Below are positions 28,090 through 42,184 of a DNA stretch of 64,000 nucleotides, in pieces. The notes under the pieces were generated by a model that saw only the letters and a list, made by a program, of their open reading frames with translations, was not told where the DNA came from and ran no database searches. The DNA comes from Eledone cirrhosa (lineage: Eukaryota). Numbering within the stretch: position 1 is the first letter of the stretch; each line of letters begins with the position of its first letter. A program made the position numbers and the translations under genes. Location: NCBI GenBank assembly GCA_964016885.1, contig OZ024761.1:2604001-2668000 (forward strand). Reading direction: 5' to 3'.

Positions 28090-30725
28090 TTTCGCAGAGG
28101 ATGCTGGCAGCAGATGGACCGTCTCACCAAACGGTATATATCCTCTCCACAAGAAGTTGAAGAGGAGCCATTCCAGCCTGGCGAGGCTCGGGCGGGGGCA
28201 AGACACAAGGGTTAGGCGGTAGTAGATGACGGACGCGATGTACGCATTTTCCACCTCCAACCGACCTTACAGTGACAGCTTCCTCACAGCCTCTTTCTAG
28301 GTGGGACTGGCTACTCTGCTCGTTAACTTCGTCCCAATTCTTATCCACCTGGAGGTCTGGTCCGAACCAAACTCTGAGTAACTTTACTGGTCCGTCCATC
28401 CAGCGCCGACGACTTGTCTCACCAGGTGCCGAGCTGCAAGCCCACCGACTTTTCCGGGTTAAGTATCGCTCCCGCCAACCTTTCATATGCCTCCAATAAA
28501 GTGCCGACCACCTCGATTTCCGAGGTGTCCGACACCATCCCGGTTCAAGTGGGATGCCCTGCAACAGCTCCAGCTTCCATAGTAAAGGCTCGTGAGTTAA
28601 TACCGACTGAATGGAGGAGAGAGGGCACCCTTGACGGACTGATCTGGTGATATGAAACGGTTCCGAGAGGTGGCCATTAACTTTGACCACCGAGCAGATG
28701 CCGCTGTGCATTGCAGCGATCCAGCTTCTGAAGATGGGGTCGAAGCCAGCTGCCTTGAGGACAGCCTCCAGGTACCGATGGAACCGCAAATTTGCGCGTC
28801 CCCAGCCAAATCTTCGACGGCAAGCGCCAACCTCTTCGCTAACAGCTTGGCCAAAATCTTAAATCCTGTGTTGAGCAGAGTTATAGGCCTGAAGTTATCT
28901 AATGTGTTCTCTTGTTCTCGTCTTTCCTTATCAGCATCACTACGCCCCGGCTCACAGAACTGGGAATACTCCCGTTCTGTTGCCAGTTGCAGTAGAGAGT
29001 TTCGAGGAGATCGGCGAGGGAAGTCTGGCATATTTACGTAAAGCTCGTAGGGCAGACCATCCAAACCGGGTGACTTGCACCTCGTGAAGCCAACTAGGGC
29101 ATCCTGAAATTAGGCTGAAGTTATCGACCTTTCGCAGCCCTCAGCGTCGGCCTTCGAGAGACACGTTGAGCCGTCGAGGTAGGGACTGAAGTCTGCCCCA
29201 TCTTTGACCCCCCCGCTCCCCCGAACAACCGAGTAAAGTGCTGGCGAAAGGCCTCACATATCCGCCTGGCATCGCTCAGCTCGTGTCCGTCTCGATCCGT
29301 CAAAGACCGAATTGTGGTTTTATTACCACGCTGCGCCTTTGCTACGCGGCCCCATCGAACAGCTTTGGTTCCCTCGTTTATCAGAACTCGCGCCTTAGCT
29401 CTGACAATGCAATCTTCATGTTTCGCATTGAAGAAATGATCTAATGCCATTCTCGCCGCTAGCACGTCAGTTGCAATGTCATCACAGCTCCCCCTCCTTT
29501 CTATTTTTCTATAAAGTTACTTCTTTGCCAGACCCTATCGAAATTACTCTAATCTCTCTTTTGATAGCCCCCAACCATCTGTTGTTGACAACCCCCGCGT
29601 CAACTTTTACTTAACTAAATTATTGACCCGGTCCCTGTAAACCTTAGGAGCCGGAAACGATATGTTCAGCTTCCAGTAACCAGGTCCTACCTTACGCGTC
29701 TTATCTATATTGACCATGCAGATCACAAACTCGTGGTCTGAATAGGCGACCGTATGTAATTGTGGAGACCCTATACTATCCTTATCCACTAATCTAATTA
29801 GAAACCTATCTAAGTTCGATCTAGATGACCCTAAGTGGTTTGTCCAGGTTCACACTGGCATTAGGAAAATCTAGTCGGTACCTGTCAGACAGTTGGAACT
29901 GGCTGATCAGGTACTTGAGGCTTTTTCACACCACGCTCCTATCGGATAATCCCACACAGTCCCAGCGTGCGTCTAAGATGCCGTTCCAGTCCCCCGCTAA
30001 CAGTAAAGAGCGAGACGTATCTAGAAAGCCTTCCAGGCGTCTAAAGAATTCCAGCCATCCGGCCCCGGTAGGAGCGTAGACGGCCACCAGTCTAAAGGCA
30101 CCACCTTCACTATTGTTCACGTCCAGGACCATCAACTTACCGTCCGTGTCCCGGAAGATCAACCTTACCTCGAGATCCAGGCTTTTCCTAAACAGCACTG
30201 CCACCCCACCTCCCATTCCCGGCCGACTAACAGATGCTAAGATCTGATAGTCGTCAAAAATGGGGGTTAGTGCGCGCGTGTCGGAAATCCTAGTCTCGCT
30301 GACGGCAATTATATCTATATCTAGCGACCTGAGGTCGTTGAGCAGGCGACCCTACTTCCAGGGCGACCCAAAGCCACAAACATTTAAACATTCTACACTT
30401 AATATGACGATATTGGCAGGCTAAAGATAAGATGAAGGGTTTATTTACCTCCTGGAGTCTTGTGAAGGTCGGGGGGTTTGACTTCTATGGAAACAATTCG
30501 GCCGTTTACACTACGTGACTATCTGGATTTCGTACCCGTCCGATAGTTTAATATGGACCGGTATGGTCTTCATATTTTCAGGTCTGATTTGGAGAAGAAT
30601 CTCCAAACCAGCTCTCTCTCTCTCTTTGTGAATTTGACGCCGACGAAGCTGTCAGGGCTTTCTACCGCCACGCACCCCAGGAGCCACCTTAAATCCAGTT
30701 TGGGCGGAATCTTGGGAACACGGAC
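28090..30725 (-). mobile_element. Decayed Tx1/L1-type LINE (APE endonuclease and RT, 3' part missing)
   Basis: GGGVAVLF..RLVAVYAP..LAGDWN; SDH..GPGYWKLN; PGLDGLPYELY; NFRPITLLN..KILAK; RSVRQGCPLS. Confidence 0.92.
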
Positions 30726-30729
30726 CCTT

Positions 30730-30945
30730 ACGATAAAGAAGGATAACAATGATAGATATGACAGGTTAGCTTGGGAGGTTAAGCAGTTGGGGTCACTGAA
30801 AAAGGTGGTGGTAATGCCAATAATAGTTGGAGTCTTGGGAACAGTGAGTAAAGATCTTGAGAAGTATATTAAAGAAATAGGGACTGCGATATGGATGGAA
30901 CACTTAGAAATAAACAGCATTACTCGAAGGGTACTTGAAAAATAA
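30730..30945 (+). mobile_element. R4/Dong-type LINE restriction-like endonuclease C-terminus
   Basis: DRYDRLAWEVKQL..KVVVMPIIVGVLGTVSKDLEKYIKEIG..RRVLEK. Confidence 0.75.
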
Positions 30946-30946
30946 G

Positions 30947-31612
30947 CGGTGTAACCTCAGTTCACTAGTAGTGAACAGCTAACACTGTAATACATCTCTA
31001 GTGTTAGAAGCTGAGATAAGGGGTATTACCTCAGTTCACTGAGCTTCTAACACATCTCCAGTGTTAGAAGCTGAGATAGGGGGTGTTACCTCAGTTCACT
31101 GAGCTTCTAACACATCTCCAGTGTTAGAAGCTGAGATAGGGGGTGTTACCTCAGTTCACTGAGCTTCTAACACATCTCCAGTGTTAGAAGCTGAGATAAG
31201 GGGTGTTACTTCAGTTTACTGAGCTTCTAACACATCTCCAGTGTTAGAAGCTGAGATAAGGGGTGTTACCTCAGTTCACTGAGTTTCTAACACATCTCCA
31301 GTGTTAGAAGCTGAGATAAGGGGTGTTACCTCAGTTCACTGAGTTTCTAACACATCTCCAGTGTTAGAAGCTGAGATAAGGGGTGTTACTTCAGTTTACT
31401 GAGCTTCTAACACATCTCCAGTGTTAAAAGCTGAGATAAGGGGTGTTACCTCAGTTCACTGAGTTTCTAACACATCTCCAGTGTTAGAAGCTGAGATAAG
31501 GGGTGTTACCTCAGTTCACTGAGTTTCTAACACATCTCCAGTGTTAGAAGCTGAGATAAGGGGTGTTACCTCAGTTCACTGAGCTTCTAACACATCTCCA
31601 GTGTTAGAAGCT
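30947..31612. repeat. 60-bp minisatellite, 10 copies plus a divergent first unit, with internal hairpins
   Basis: Unit contains ctcag-ttca-ctgag and agcttctaacac-atctcca-gtgttagaagct. Confidence 0.97.
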
Positions 31613-31633
31613 GCGAGAAGAAACAACAATAAT

Positions 31634-33150
31634 CATTGTTTCTACTTTTGGCACAAGGCCAGCAATTACCAGTGTATTACTGGTACTTTATTTTATCGAC
31701 CCCGTAAGGATGAAAGGCAAAATTAACCACAGAGGGATTTGAACTCGGACCATAAAGGGTCGTAACTCTATGCTGCAGAGCATGGCGTCCGACCCTCTAC
31801 CGATGCTGCCAATCCACCGCCCTATTGCGAAACAACAATAACAATGGTATTGTCATTGGTATTTACTACATAAGATACATTATCAATGGTTTACATAACA
31901 TAATGTGTAGAAAAGACGGAAAATTTAGAGGACGTAATAGAATATAAAACATGTTTAAATATTAATCACAGCATAAACAGCGTATAAAAACAAATGTCGA
32001 TAGGACGGTGGGGTCGAAAAGAGCACTAATGGTGGATCAATGTTTCCTATGACATTGGTCATCACATACACTGGACAGCTGCCCACTCCTCGCTGCAATC
32101 TCCAAGCAGAATTCAATAACAATAACAATAACAAACAGTTATTACGACTTTATCTCACAAATAAATCATGACGGCCATTTTGTTGGTTAATATGCACACA
32201 CGGATAAAATATAGGAAAAGATAGCGATGCATGCTGAAGTTAATATTTAAGTGGTTTGTTAAAGAGCAATCTACGAGACGACTTTCCTTCGACCTTTCAG
32301 TTTTGATAACATCCTGGAAATACATTGATTAGTAGCAAGACGACAAACATGGCTCCATTTTAAACCACTGTTTTTCATGAATGTAAGCTTATAAACCAGC
32401 AAACAACACAATAAATGATATGTTAGGCACGAGGCCAGCAATTTAATGAAGGATAAAGTCGATTTAAATCGAACCCCAGTATTTCAATTGTATTTTAATT
32501 TATCGGCCCTTGAAATTTGAAAGGCAAAGTTTACTTCGGCAGGATTTGAACCCAGAACGTAGAAAGTCGTAACTAAGCACCGTAAAGAATTTTGTCCGAG
32601 GCTCTACCGATTCTGCCTACTAATGGTTTTTGATTTAGGCTCAAGACCAACAACTTCCGGGGGAGGGGAAAGTCGATTAAATCGACACCAATATATTACT
32701 GGTGTTTTATTTTATCGATTCTGGAAGGATGAAAGGCAAAGTTAACCTCGGCGGTATTTGATCTCAGTATGGGCTGTAACTAAATACCACAAAGCCTGTT
32801 GTCGGACGTTCTACCGATTCTACTGCCAACCCACCGGCCTCTAATAAGGATTTTTAATATAAGCACAAGGCCAGCAATTTTGTGGCGAAGCGGCAACGTG
32901 TGTTGTACGGACACCAGTAGTTTACTGTTAATTTATTTTATTTGATCTAGAAAGGTCGATTACTTCTGACAGGACCCACCGGAGGGAGTGTCTCAGGATT
33001 CTATCTACCCTTCACGACCCTCAAGTGGGAGAAGAAGAAAACAACCTGGAAAGGATGAAAGATAAAGTTGACCTCGGCGGAATTTGAACTCCGAATCTAA
33101 AGAGCCGGAACAAAAGCCGCAAAACACGCGTTCGATGCTCTACCAATTCT
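31634..33150 (-). mobile_element. SINE cluster (31634-31821, 32424-32618, 32625-32838, 32850-33150)
   Basis: Reverse-complement SINE core and B-box ggatttgaact. Confidence 0.85.
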
Positions 33151-33394
33151 AAATAAATCATCACCGGCATAAGACAACAAATAAACAATCTCCTCACTTG
33201 GATTGGCAGTAACGGTATCTAAATATCCGTTCTTCTACCAACACAATATAAAGCTATGTTCAACATCAAGTAGGACGCTCTTCCGTCCAACTATAACCAG
33301 TTAATCACCAGCACAACCCTGGCCAGACTCCAGTATCATCTCCTTCAAAACAATATCTTCTTATATTACCATTTATTGACTCCTTCGTAGTAGC

Positions 33395-34076
33395 AGTTGT
33401 TGTTACTGTTGTTATTGTTGTTGTTAGTGTTGTTGTTACTGTTGTTGTTACTGTTGTTGTTACTGTTGTTGTTGTTACTGTTGTTATTGTTGTTGTTAGT
33501 GTTGTTGCTACTGTTGTTGTTGTTAGTGTTGTTGTTACTGTTGTTGTTACTGTTGTTGTTAGTGTTGTTGTTACTGTTGTTGTTAGTGTTGTTGTTAGTG
33601 TTGTTATTGTTGTTGTTGTTAGTGTTGTTGTTACTGTTGTTGTTACTGTTGTTGTTACTGTTGTTGCTACTGTTGTTATTGTTGTTGTTAGTGTTGTTGT
33701 TAGTGTTGTTGCTACTGTTGTTGTTGTTAGTGTTGTTGTTACTGTTGTTGTTACTGTTGTTGTTACTGTTGTTGTTAGTGTTGTTGTTACTGTTGTTGTT
33801 AGTGTTGTTGTTACTGTTGTTGTTGTTAGTGTTGTTGTTACTGTTGTTGTTAGTGTTGTTGTTATTGTTGTTGTTACTGTTGTTGTTAGTGTTGTTGTTA
33901 CTGTTGTTGTTGTTAGTGTTGTTGTTACTGTTGTTGTTAGTGTTGTTGTTACTGTTGTTGTTAGTGTTGTTGTTACTGTTGTTGTTAGTGTTGTTGTTAT
34001 TGTTGTTGTTACTGTTGTCGTCACTGTTGTTGTTGTTACAGTTGTTGTTGTTACTGTTGTTATTGTTGTTGTTGTT
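33395..34076. repeat. (GTT)n-based repeat
   Basis: Direct reading. Confidence 0.95.
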
Positions 34077-34217
34077 TTACCTTAAGATATTCTCTAGCCT
34101 GAGATTCTAAACTACTTCAATATCTAAAGTATTTCCTTCAAGGCTGAACTGTTAGTTTGAAGATTGGATTGAATGAAGTGAATGATTTGATATTGGGATT
34201 GGTGAGAGAAAGATGGA

Positions 34218-36042
34218 ATACTACACTGCACCACACTACACCACACTATACCGCACTATACTACACTACACTACACTACACTACCCGCACTACATTATAC
34301 CACAACACACAACACCACACTACAGCACACTATAACAGACTATACCACACTACACTACATTATACCACACTACAACGCACCGCACTACACTACACTACAC
34401 TACACCACACTATACTACACTACACACTACACTACACTATACAACACCACACTACACCTCAAACGCACTACACTACACTACACTATACTACACTACACTA
34501 TACTATACTATACTATACTATACTATACTATACTATACTATACTACAACGCACTACACTACACTACACTATACCAGCCTACTCCACCCTACACTACACTA
34601 CACTATACCACACTACACCGCACTGCGCTACACGATACTAAACCACACTACAACACACTACACTATACCACACTACACCACACTACACTAGACTACACTA
34701 CACTACACTACACTACACTACACTACACTACACTACACTACACTACACTACACTACAGCACACGACACTAACTACACTATACCACACTACACCATACTTC
34801 ACCGCACTACACTACACTATACTACACTACACCACATTATACCACACTACACTACACTATACTACACTACACCACACCACACTACACTATACCACACTAC
34901 ACCACACTACACAGCACTAGAATATACCACACTATACCACACTACACTACATTACACTACATTACACTACACCACACCATACTACACCACACCGCACTAC
35001 ACCACACCACACTACAATACACTACACCAAACCACACCACAATACACTACAGTACACCACACCACACCACACCACACCACACCACACCACACCACACCAC
35101 ACTATACCACACTACACTACACCACACCACACTACACTACACCACACTACACCACACCACATTGCACTATACCACACTACACTATACCACACTACACTAC
35201 ACTACACTACACTACACTATACCACACTATACCGCACTACACCACACTAGACCACACTACACTATACCACACTATACTACATTGCACTACATCACACTAC
35301 ATTACACCATAACACACTGCACCACACTACACTACATCGCACCACACTGTACAACACTACACTACATCATACCACACCAAACTATACTACCCTATATTAC
35401 GCCACAGCACACTACACTACACCACACTATACTACACCACACCACACTAGACCACAACACACTACACCACACCACACTAAACCACACCAAACTACAGTAC
35501 ACTATATTACACCACACTACACTACATTACACTACAACACACTATACCACACTAGACTACACTACACTATACCACAACAGACCGCACTACACTACACTAC
35601 ACCACACTATACCACACTACACTACACTACACTATACCACACTACACCACACTACACTACAGTAAACCACACTAAATCACACTACACTACACTACACTAC
35701 ACTACACTACACTACACTACACTACACTACAATATACCACACTACACCGCACTACACTATAACACACTACACCAGACTACACCACACTACACCACACTAC
35801 ACTACACTATACCACACTACACTACACCACACTACACTACATTATACCACACTACACCACACTACACTACACTACACTATACCACACTACACTATACTAC
35901 ACTACACTACACTATACCACACTACACCAAACTACACTACACTACACTATACTATACTACACCATACTACACTACACTACACTACACTATACCACACTAC
36001 ACCACGCTACACCACACTATACCACACTACACTACACTACAC
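34218..36042. repeat. (CACTA)n pentamer satellite
   Basis: Direct reading. Confidence 0.97.
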
Positions 36043-36148
36043 ACGTTCCGGTCGAAGAGTCCACTGGACCCAAAAACTCTGCCAAACTGTTTTCATGTGA
36101 ACTGGCCACTGGAGCCTCTTTTGTTTTTCTGTTTATTGTATTACTATG

Positions 36149-36525
36149 TATACATGTACCTTTTCGTTACTATTTCATGCCTGATTTATACATGTACCTT
36201 TTCGTTACTATTTCATGCCTGATTTATACATGTACCTTTTCGTTACTATTTCATGCCTGATTTATACATGTACCTTTTCGTTACTATTTCATGCCTGATT
36301 TATACATGTACCTTTTCGTTACTATTTCATGCCTGATTTATACATGTACCTTTTCGTTACTATTTCATGCCTGATTTATACATGTACCTTTTCGTTACTA
36401 TTTCATGCCTGATTTATACATGTACCTTTTCGTTACTATTTCATGCCTGATTTATACATGTACCTTTTCGTTACTATTTCATGCCTGATTTATACATGTA
36501 CCTTTTCGTTACTATTTCATGCCTG
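36149..36525. repeat. 38-bp tandem repeat x10, apparently identical units
   Basis: tatacatgtaccttttcgttactatttcatgcctgatt. Confidence 0.97.
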
Positions 36526-37968
36526 TGCTGGGACCCCATGCTTGCGGGTTCGCTACAGTTACCTTCGGGCTTTTCGCCTATCGTATGGAGGAGGGTACTG
36601 TAGCGGCCCCTTACGGCTGTAACTCAGCACGTATAGGAGTTGCGTCCCTTTGTGACGGTCGCGACTCCCAGTTATAAATTATCCTAATAAACTAAAGAGA
36701 AATATTTGAAGCTGTTAAATTGTATAAATTTCAATAATTTAAATATGTTGTGTTTTACTGAAGGAACTGTAACTGAATTGATAACAGATTAAATTATAAG
36801 TTAGGGTTAACAGGTTTAATGCATCGATCATTAAAAAGCTAATTGGTAATAATTATAGATTGAGGAAGAATCAATATTGTCGAGCGATCAATATTATTAT
36901 CGTTGTTAATTCCAGTGAGTACAGGAGACAACGCTTGTTGCACTAAACTTTTAAATATAATTAAATCAACGTTTAATGTTTCCAAATAATTACTATTAAT
37001 TTTGCAGTGACGAAAGTTAAATATTACAGCAATGACTAATCCACTCATTCATTCATTGGATACTTAACTCTTGGTGGAGTCGTTGGGACGCCTACATAAT
37101 GACATATGGTGTGTCTTGGATATTGTAAACGCTGTGAAGCCCATCCATCACCAAAATTGAACATTGCCAATTTCTTCCAGTGAAGGAGAGAGAGAGAGAA
37201 AGAGAGAGAGAGGGGGGGGGGGTGATGGAAAGAAAGAATGAGTGAGTGAGAGTGATGAATATATATATATATATAAAATAAAAAAAATTTCGCTCGCTCT
37301 ACATAACTGAATACAATAAATGTAATCTGAGTTTTTCGAATATTAATAATAATATTCGATTCGTTTACAATTATGCAAACAAGCCTCATTTTTAAAGCCA
37401 TGTCAGTAGAATGAACACTTCATTCTTGCTCTTCTGTTGCATGTAAACAGAACTGCAAACACTAATATTTCTGGGTATTACCCTGCATCAGTACAGCTCA
37501 CTGTTCACCTGCCAACTGTCAGAGCTAGTGAAAATATATGATATCTTCTAAAATATACAATGACTGATCGGTCTGATTAGCATATTAGTAGACTGGCTGA
37601 TCAGTCAGATTTGCATATTAGTAGATCCACTGATCAGCCAGATTTGCATATCAGCAGACTGGCCAGTCAGTTTCCTGTATACGAGCGATTAATGGCCGGC
37701 TTTGCCATATTCTAAAAAAAAAAAAAAAAATTTTCGCTCTACCGAGGGACAACTGTATATATATGAAAATGTTCAAGACCCCGACGGCAGAGCTCAAGCC
37801 GTTTCGATGGCTATTTCTGGACGCAGTCTTGAACATTTTCCTATTACCCAATCTACTACCCTAAGTATTGAGTACTCTGGTGCGTTATGGTCCACCTGGT
37901 TCCTTACCTCACTTCCTTCGTTATATATATATATTACATATAATCCCCGCGAATACCGAGAGACAACT

Positions 37969-38019
<51 letters not shown>

Positions 38020-38027
38020 TATACACA

Positions 38028-38331
38028 CAGTTGTCTCCGGTATTCGCGGGGATTGCGTTTCTAGAGCACCCACGAAGAATGAAAAACCGTGAATATTGGA
38101 CGTGGTCCATAAAAATGCCTATACACGTCAAAATATAACATAAAATATAGGCCGGTAAATACGATATATTGTTATTAGTAATTTAGCCATATTAATATAT
38201 ATTGCCTCGAAGAAAGGCATAAAAAATTGCGGAAGATATTTACGATCCCGCGAATATGCGCTAGTTTCCACGAACAATTTTCTACGGAAAATTCCACGAA
38301 AACTGGGGCCGCGAATGCCGGGGGTACACTA
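38028..38331. mobile_element. pogo/Tigger-like MITE; additional solo ends at 37740-37757 and 37944-37970
   Basis: Imperfect TIR cagttgtctccggtattcgcgg / ccgcgaatgccgggggtacact next to TA tracts. Confidence 0.65.
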
Positions 38332-38746
38332 TATATATATTGCATCTTTCTGATTCAGTATCAATTATATTTAACGATCTTTTTTACGTGGTTATCATCG
38401 TTCAATTAATTTAGTATTTTCCCCTCTTCAACTGATCAACAAAGGAAGACATACTTTATCTTGGCTGCGATTAAAATACTAACATTAAATTTTGACAAAT
38501 TTACAAAGAATCTACTTTACTGCAAAGTAGATTTTATGATATATACATTTCATTTTAAGTCTCTCTCTCTCTCTCTCTCTTACTCACCCTCCCCTATCTC
38601 TTTCTCTCGCCCTCTCTCTCCCTCTCCCTCTCTCGCTTTCTCCCCCCCTCTCTCGCTTTCTCTCTCTCCCGTTTGCTCTCTCTCTCTCCCTCTCTCTCTC
38701 TTTCTCTCTCTCTTTTACTCTCTCTCTCTCTCTTACTCTCCCTCCC

Positions 38747-38820
<74 letters not shown>

Positions 38821-39094
38821 CTCCTCCTCCTCACCCCCCCCCCCCCTCTCTCCTCCTCACACCCTCTCTCTCTCATGTATATATATATGTATGTATGTAT
38901 GTATTTATGTATTTTCTGGTTTTATAATTTCACGAATGTTTGCCAAGAGAGAGTCAGTTTCTAACATAGACACAAGACTCTCTCATTGGAATTTATACAA
39001 CATCAACTAGGTAGATATGTATGCAGGTATGGATGTTATTGTATGTGTGCGTATGCATATGCTTTGTATTTTGTACATGTATTTATTAGATACA

Positions 39095-39728
39095 GATTTT
39101 TTGGAATGTTTTACATATTTTTACTGTTCCATTAATGGATTGTACTTGTAATTTCCTAACTAGTTGTGTTCTTTCTGTTCCTGTGAAGCCCAGCTTCTCA
39201 AGATTTGTATTGAGGCAGTTACTAACATACCCCCAGTGCCCCAATAATCACAGGCATAAATCTGAAGGTGTAATCAGGGTGGAGTATCTGCAGATTTCTC
39301 ATCAGTTCTGCATAAATATTCTCCTTTTCACTAATCTTTGATATTATATTGGCATCTGCTGGGCAGCTAATTTCCACTACTGTACATGTTTTCTTCTACC
39401 TGTCCCATATCATTATATCTGCTCTGTTATGCCTGCATTTTATTGGGGTTTTTACTGCAATATTCCACCAGTACTCTTTCATATTATGTATATTGCTGTA
39501 GCTTTTATTGTGTTTATCATCGGGGCTATCTTTTCTGCGGATTGCATTGTACAGTGATTTGGCCACTACATCATGCCTCATAGGTAGATAGCACCGCGAT
39601 GACATCTTTGCACAGCTGCTTATGACATGGGTGACATCTTCGATGTTAGTTCTGCAGAGTCTGCACTTGTTATCACATCTAGGTGTTTTGTCTGCATCCC
39701 TATCTCTTTTGTGAATCAGATATTTTGT

Positions 39729-39730
<2 letters not shown>
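39095..39730 (-). mobile_element. R4/Dong-type LINE 3' part (CCHC knuckle plus restriction-like endonuclease)
   Basis: CRLCRTNIEDVTHVISSC..RHDVVA..WWN..HNRADIMIWDR*..VEISCP..PVIIGALG. Confidence 0.85.
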
Positions 39731-39762
<32 letters not shown>

Positions 39763-39847
39763 TATACATATGTTTGTATACATATATATATGTGTGTGTA
39801 TATATGTATACGCAAGAAATAGATTACCAAGGTTCATATATATATAT

Positions 39848-41142
39848 AGTAATAATAATAATAAATTTGAAGACTAAAATCCAAAGAGGGCTCGATAAGG
39901 ATAAATATATATCAAATATATAAGAACCCTAGAGCATTGCACAAAACTTTCCTGTATTACAGCCCCACTTTATACCCTAACGGATAGTACGAACAATACG
40001 CGGATAATTTACGTCTTGATGTGGTAGCTAAGAATATTTTTATGTTTATACCATTACTTATTTGTATTACCTGTATGTTTTGTGAAGGTACGTATACTTT
40101 CTCGTACGTATATTTGCTTGTATTTGTTATAGGCGTATATATTATATTATATATACTGGTAAATGCGTATATGGTTATGTGTATACGTGAGTTTTGCGTT
40201 TGTGTGTGTATGCGGGTTTGCACGTATGTAGGCTGTGTATATATGTGTACTTTGTGTTTTGGTTGACGTACGTTTAGCGAACATATGTGTATTTACCTGT
40301 AGGTGTGTGTGTGCGCGCGTTATAAACGTATTTATGTGTGTATATATATATATACGTTTATATAATGATATGTATACGCGCGCACACACACACACATGTG
40401 TATATATTTTTTATATATGTTTTATGTGTATTTGGTGTATACATTCGTATGTGTGCGGGTACAGGCGTTGCGTGGGTTTTGTATGTGTGCGCGTGTTTTT
40501 GTGTACGTGCCTGCATTTGCATACCCACGGCGGGTATTTTCGCGTATGTATGTGTATGTACGTTTATGGATGCGTGTATGTATATATTTAATTATTGTTG
40601 ATTTCAATAACCTCTGTAATTTATTTACATTATTCTTAACTCTGAAGCCAAGAATCAATCGGTTTCCTAAATAGAATATTAGTCTACGACTTCTTTTATA
40701 CCATAAACGTGGTTTTGTCTTTGCGTGTAATTGTTTTCACCACTCCAAATAATTGTTTCCACTTTTGGCACAAGGCCAGCAATTAACCAGTGCATTACTG
40801 GTACTTTATTTTATCGACCCCGTAAGGATGAAAGGCAAAGTTAACCTCGGCGGGATTTGAACTCAGAATGGAAAGGGCCGTAACTCTATGCGTCAAAGCA
40901 TGGCGTCCGACACTCTACCGATACTGTCAATTCACCGCCGTATTATCTTCGTTTTCCCGTTCATTGCCAGGGAACGTTTCCACGAACCAAAGTATCGTCT
41001 TCCTGTCTGTCTTCCTTCGGTTGAAAGGTTTTTCGAAATATTTACTTCTGCGTTCACAGATTGATCTTTTTAGTTTCAAAAGATCCCGTTAAGGGTGAAA
41101 GCAGCGATTCTTTGCTTAAACTTTAATCTGTTATTTTAATAA
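39848..41142 (+). mobile_element. Second, more truncated copy of the 1034-2672 PLE with inverted terminus; interrupted by a SINE (40749-40939, minus)
   Basis: 39938 onward matches 1519 onward; 39848-39936 is the reverse complement of 2587-2672. Confidence 0.85.
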
Positions 41143-41284
41143 ATATATATATATATATATTGTTTTTGATATGAATATATATATATATATATATACAGTA
41201 TATACACATGTATATTTATATATATATATATATATACACATGTATATATAAATCACTCTGCAACGCTCGTACACACACACACAC

Positions 41285-41345
<61 letters not shown>

Positions 41346-41536
41346 ACGAAGGAAATGTGGTAAGGAACCAGATGGACTATAACGCACCAAAGTACTCAAT
41401 ACTTAGGGTAGTAAAGTGGGTAATAGGAACGAGTAGGACCCCGACGGCTGAGCTCAAGCCGTTTCGACGGCTAATTCTGGACTCCAGAATTAGCCGTCGA
41501 AACGGCTTGAGCTCAGCCGTCGGGGTCCTACTCGTT

Positions 41537-41688
<152 letters not shown>

Positions 41689-41738
41689 ATGTAGATGCAC
41701 ATCTCTATCATATATATGTACACCCAGACACACACACA

Positions 41739-41794
<56 letters not shown>

Positions 41795-42184
41795 CCTACA
41801 ACAACTGTATATATTTTAATATTTCAAGAAGTAAACATGATTTAATTCCAAGAAGTCCTGCTTTCTTAATTATTTCAAATACTTAGAGTTAATAACGGAT
41901 ATACTCAGCTCTCTTTCAACAAACAATATATCTCTTCTCTTCATTAATTTCGATAACACACTTTTATATACAATGTAGAAAGCCGAATGTTCGGTTTTTG
42001 AGGCTCTCAGAATGTATGTAGAGATATTGACTTGTAACTCTACCAAACCACAGCCAACATATCAGCTATTAACTGTGCACCCTACACAGCTGATTGCAGC
42101 TGCATTACTGCAATTCGACAGATTCATTGAGTTAGCTAGACTTTGGCTGGAGAACATTGAATTAATACCAGCGATCTTCGTTAC

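Noticed and set aside
30947-31612. CRISPR-like palindromic repeats
   Set aside because: No unique spacers, no cas genes, animal context; the same applies to the 29-, 38-, 65- and 107-bp arrays
32020-32075. C/D snoRNA or SECIS (gtgatga on the minus strand)
   Set aside because: No D box or terminal stem, and the SECIS geometry is not satisfied
33305-34024. Mucin-like Thr-rich ORF on the minus strand
   Set aside because: A triplet repeat keeps the frame trivially; there is a stop just upstream, no ATG, no convincing acceptor and an unrecognised C-terminus
18623-37165. Possible small host exons (18623-18669 +, 33198-33234 -, 36869-36924 +, about 37065-37165 -)
   Set aside because: AG/GT-bounded open stretches exist, but strands conflict and the peptides are unrecognisable; needs RNA-seq
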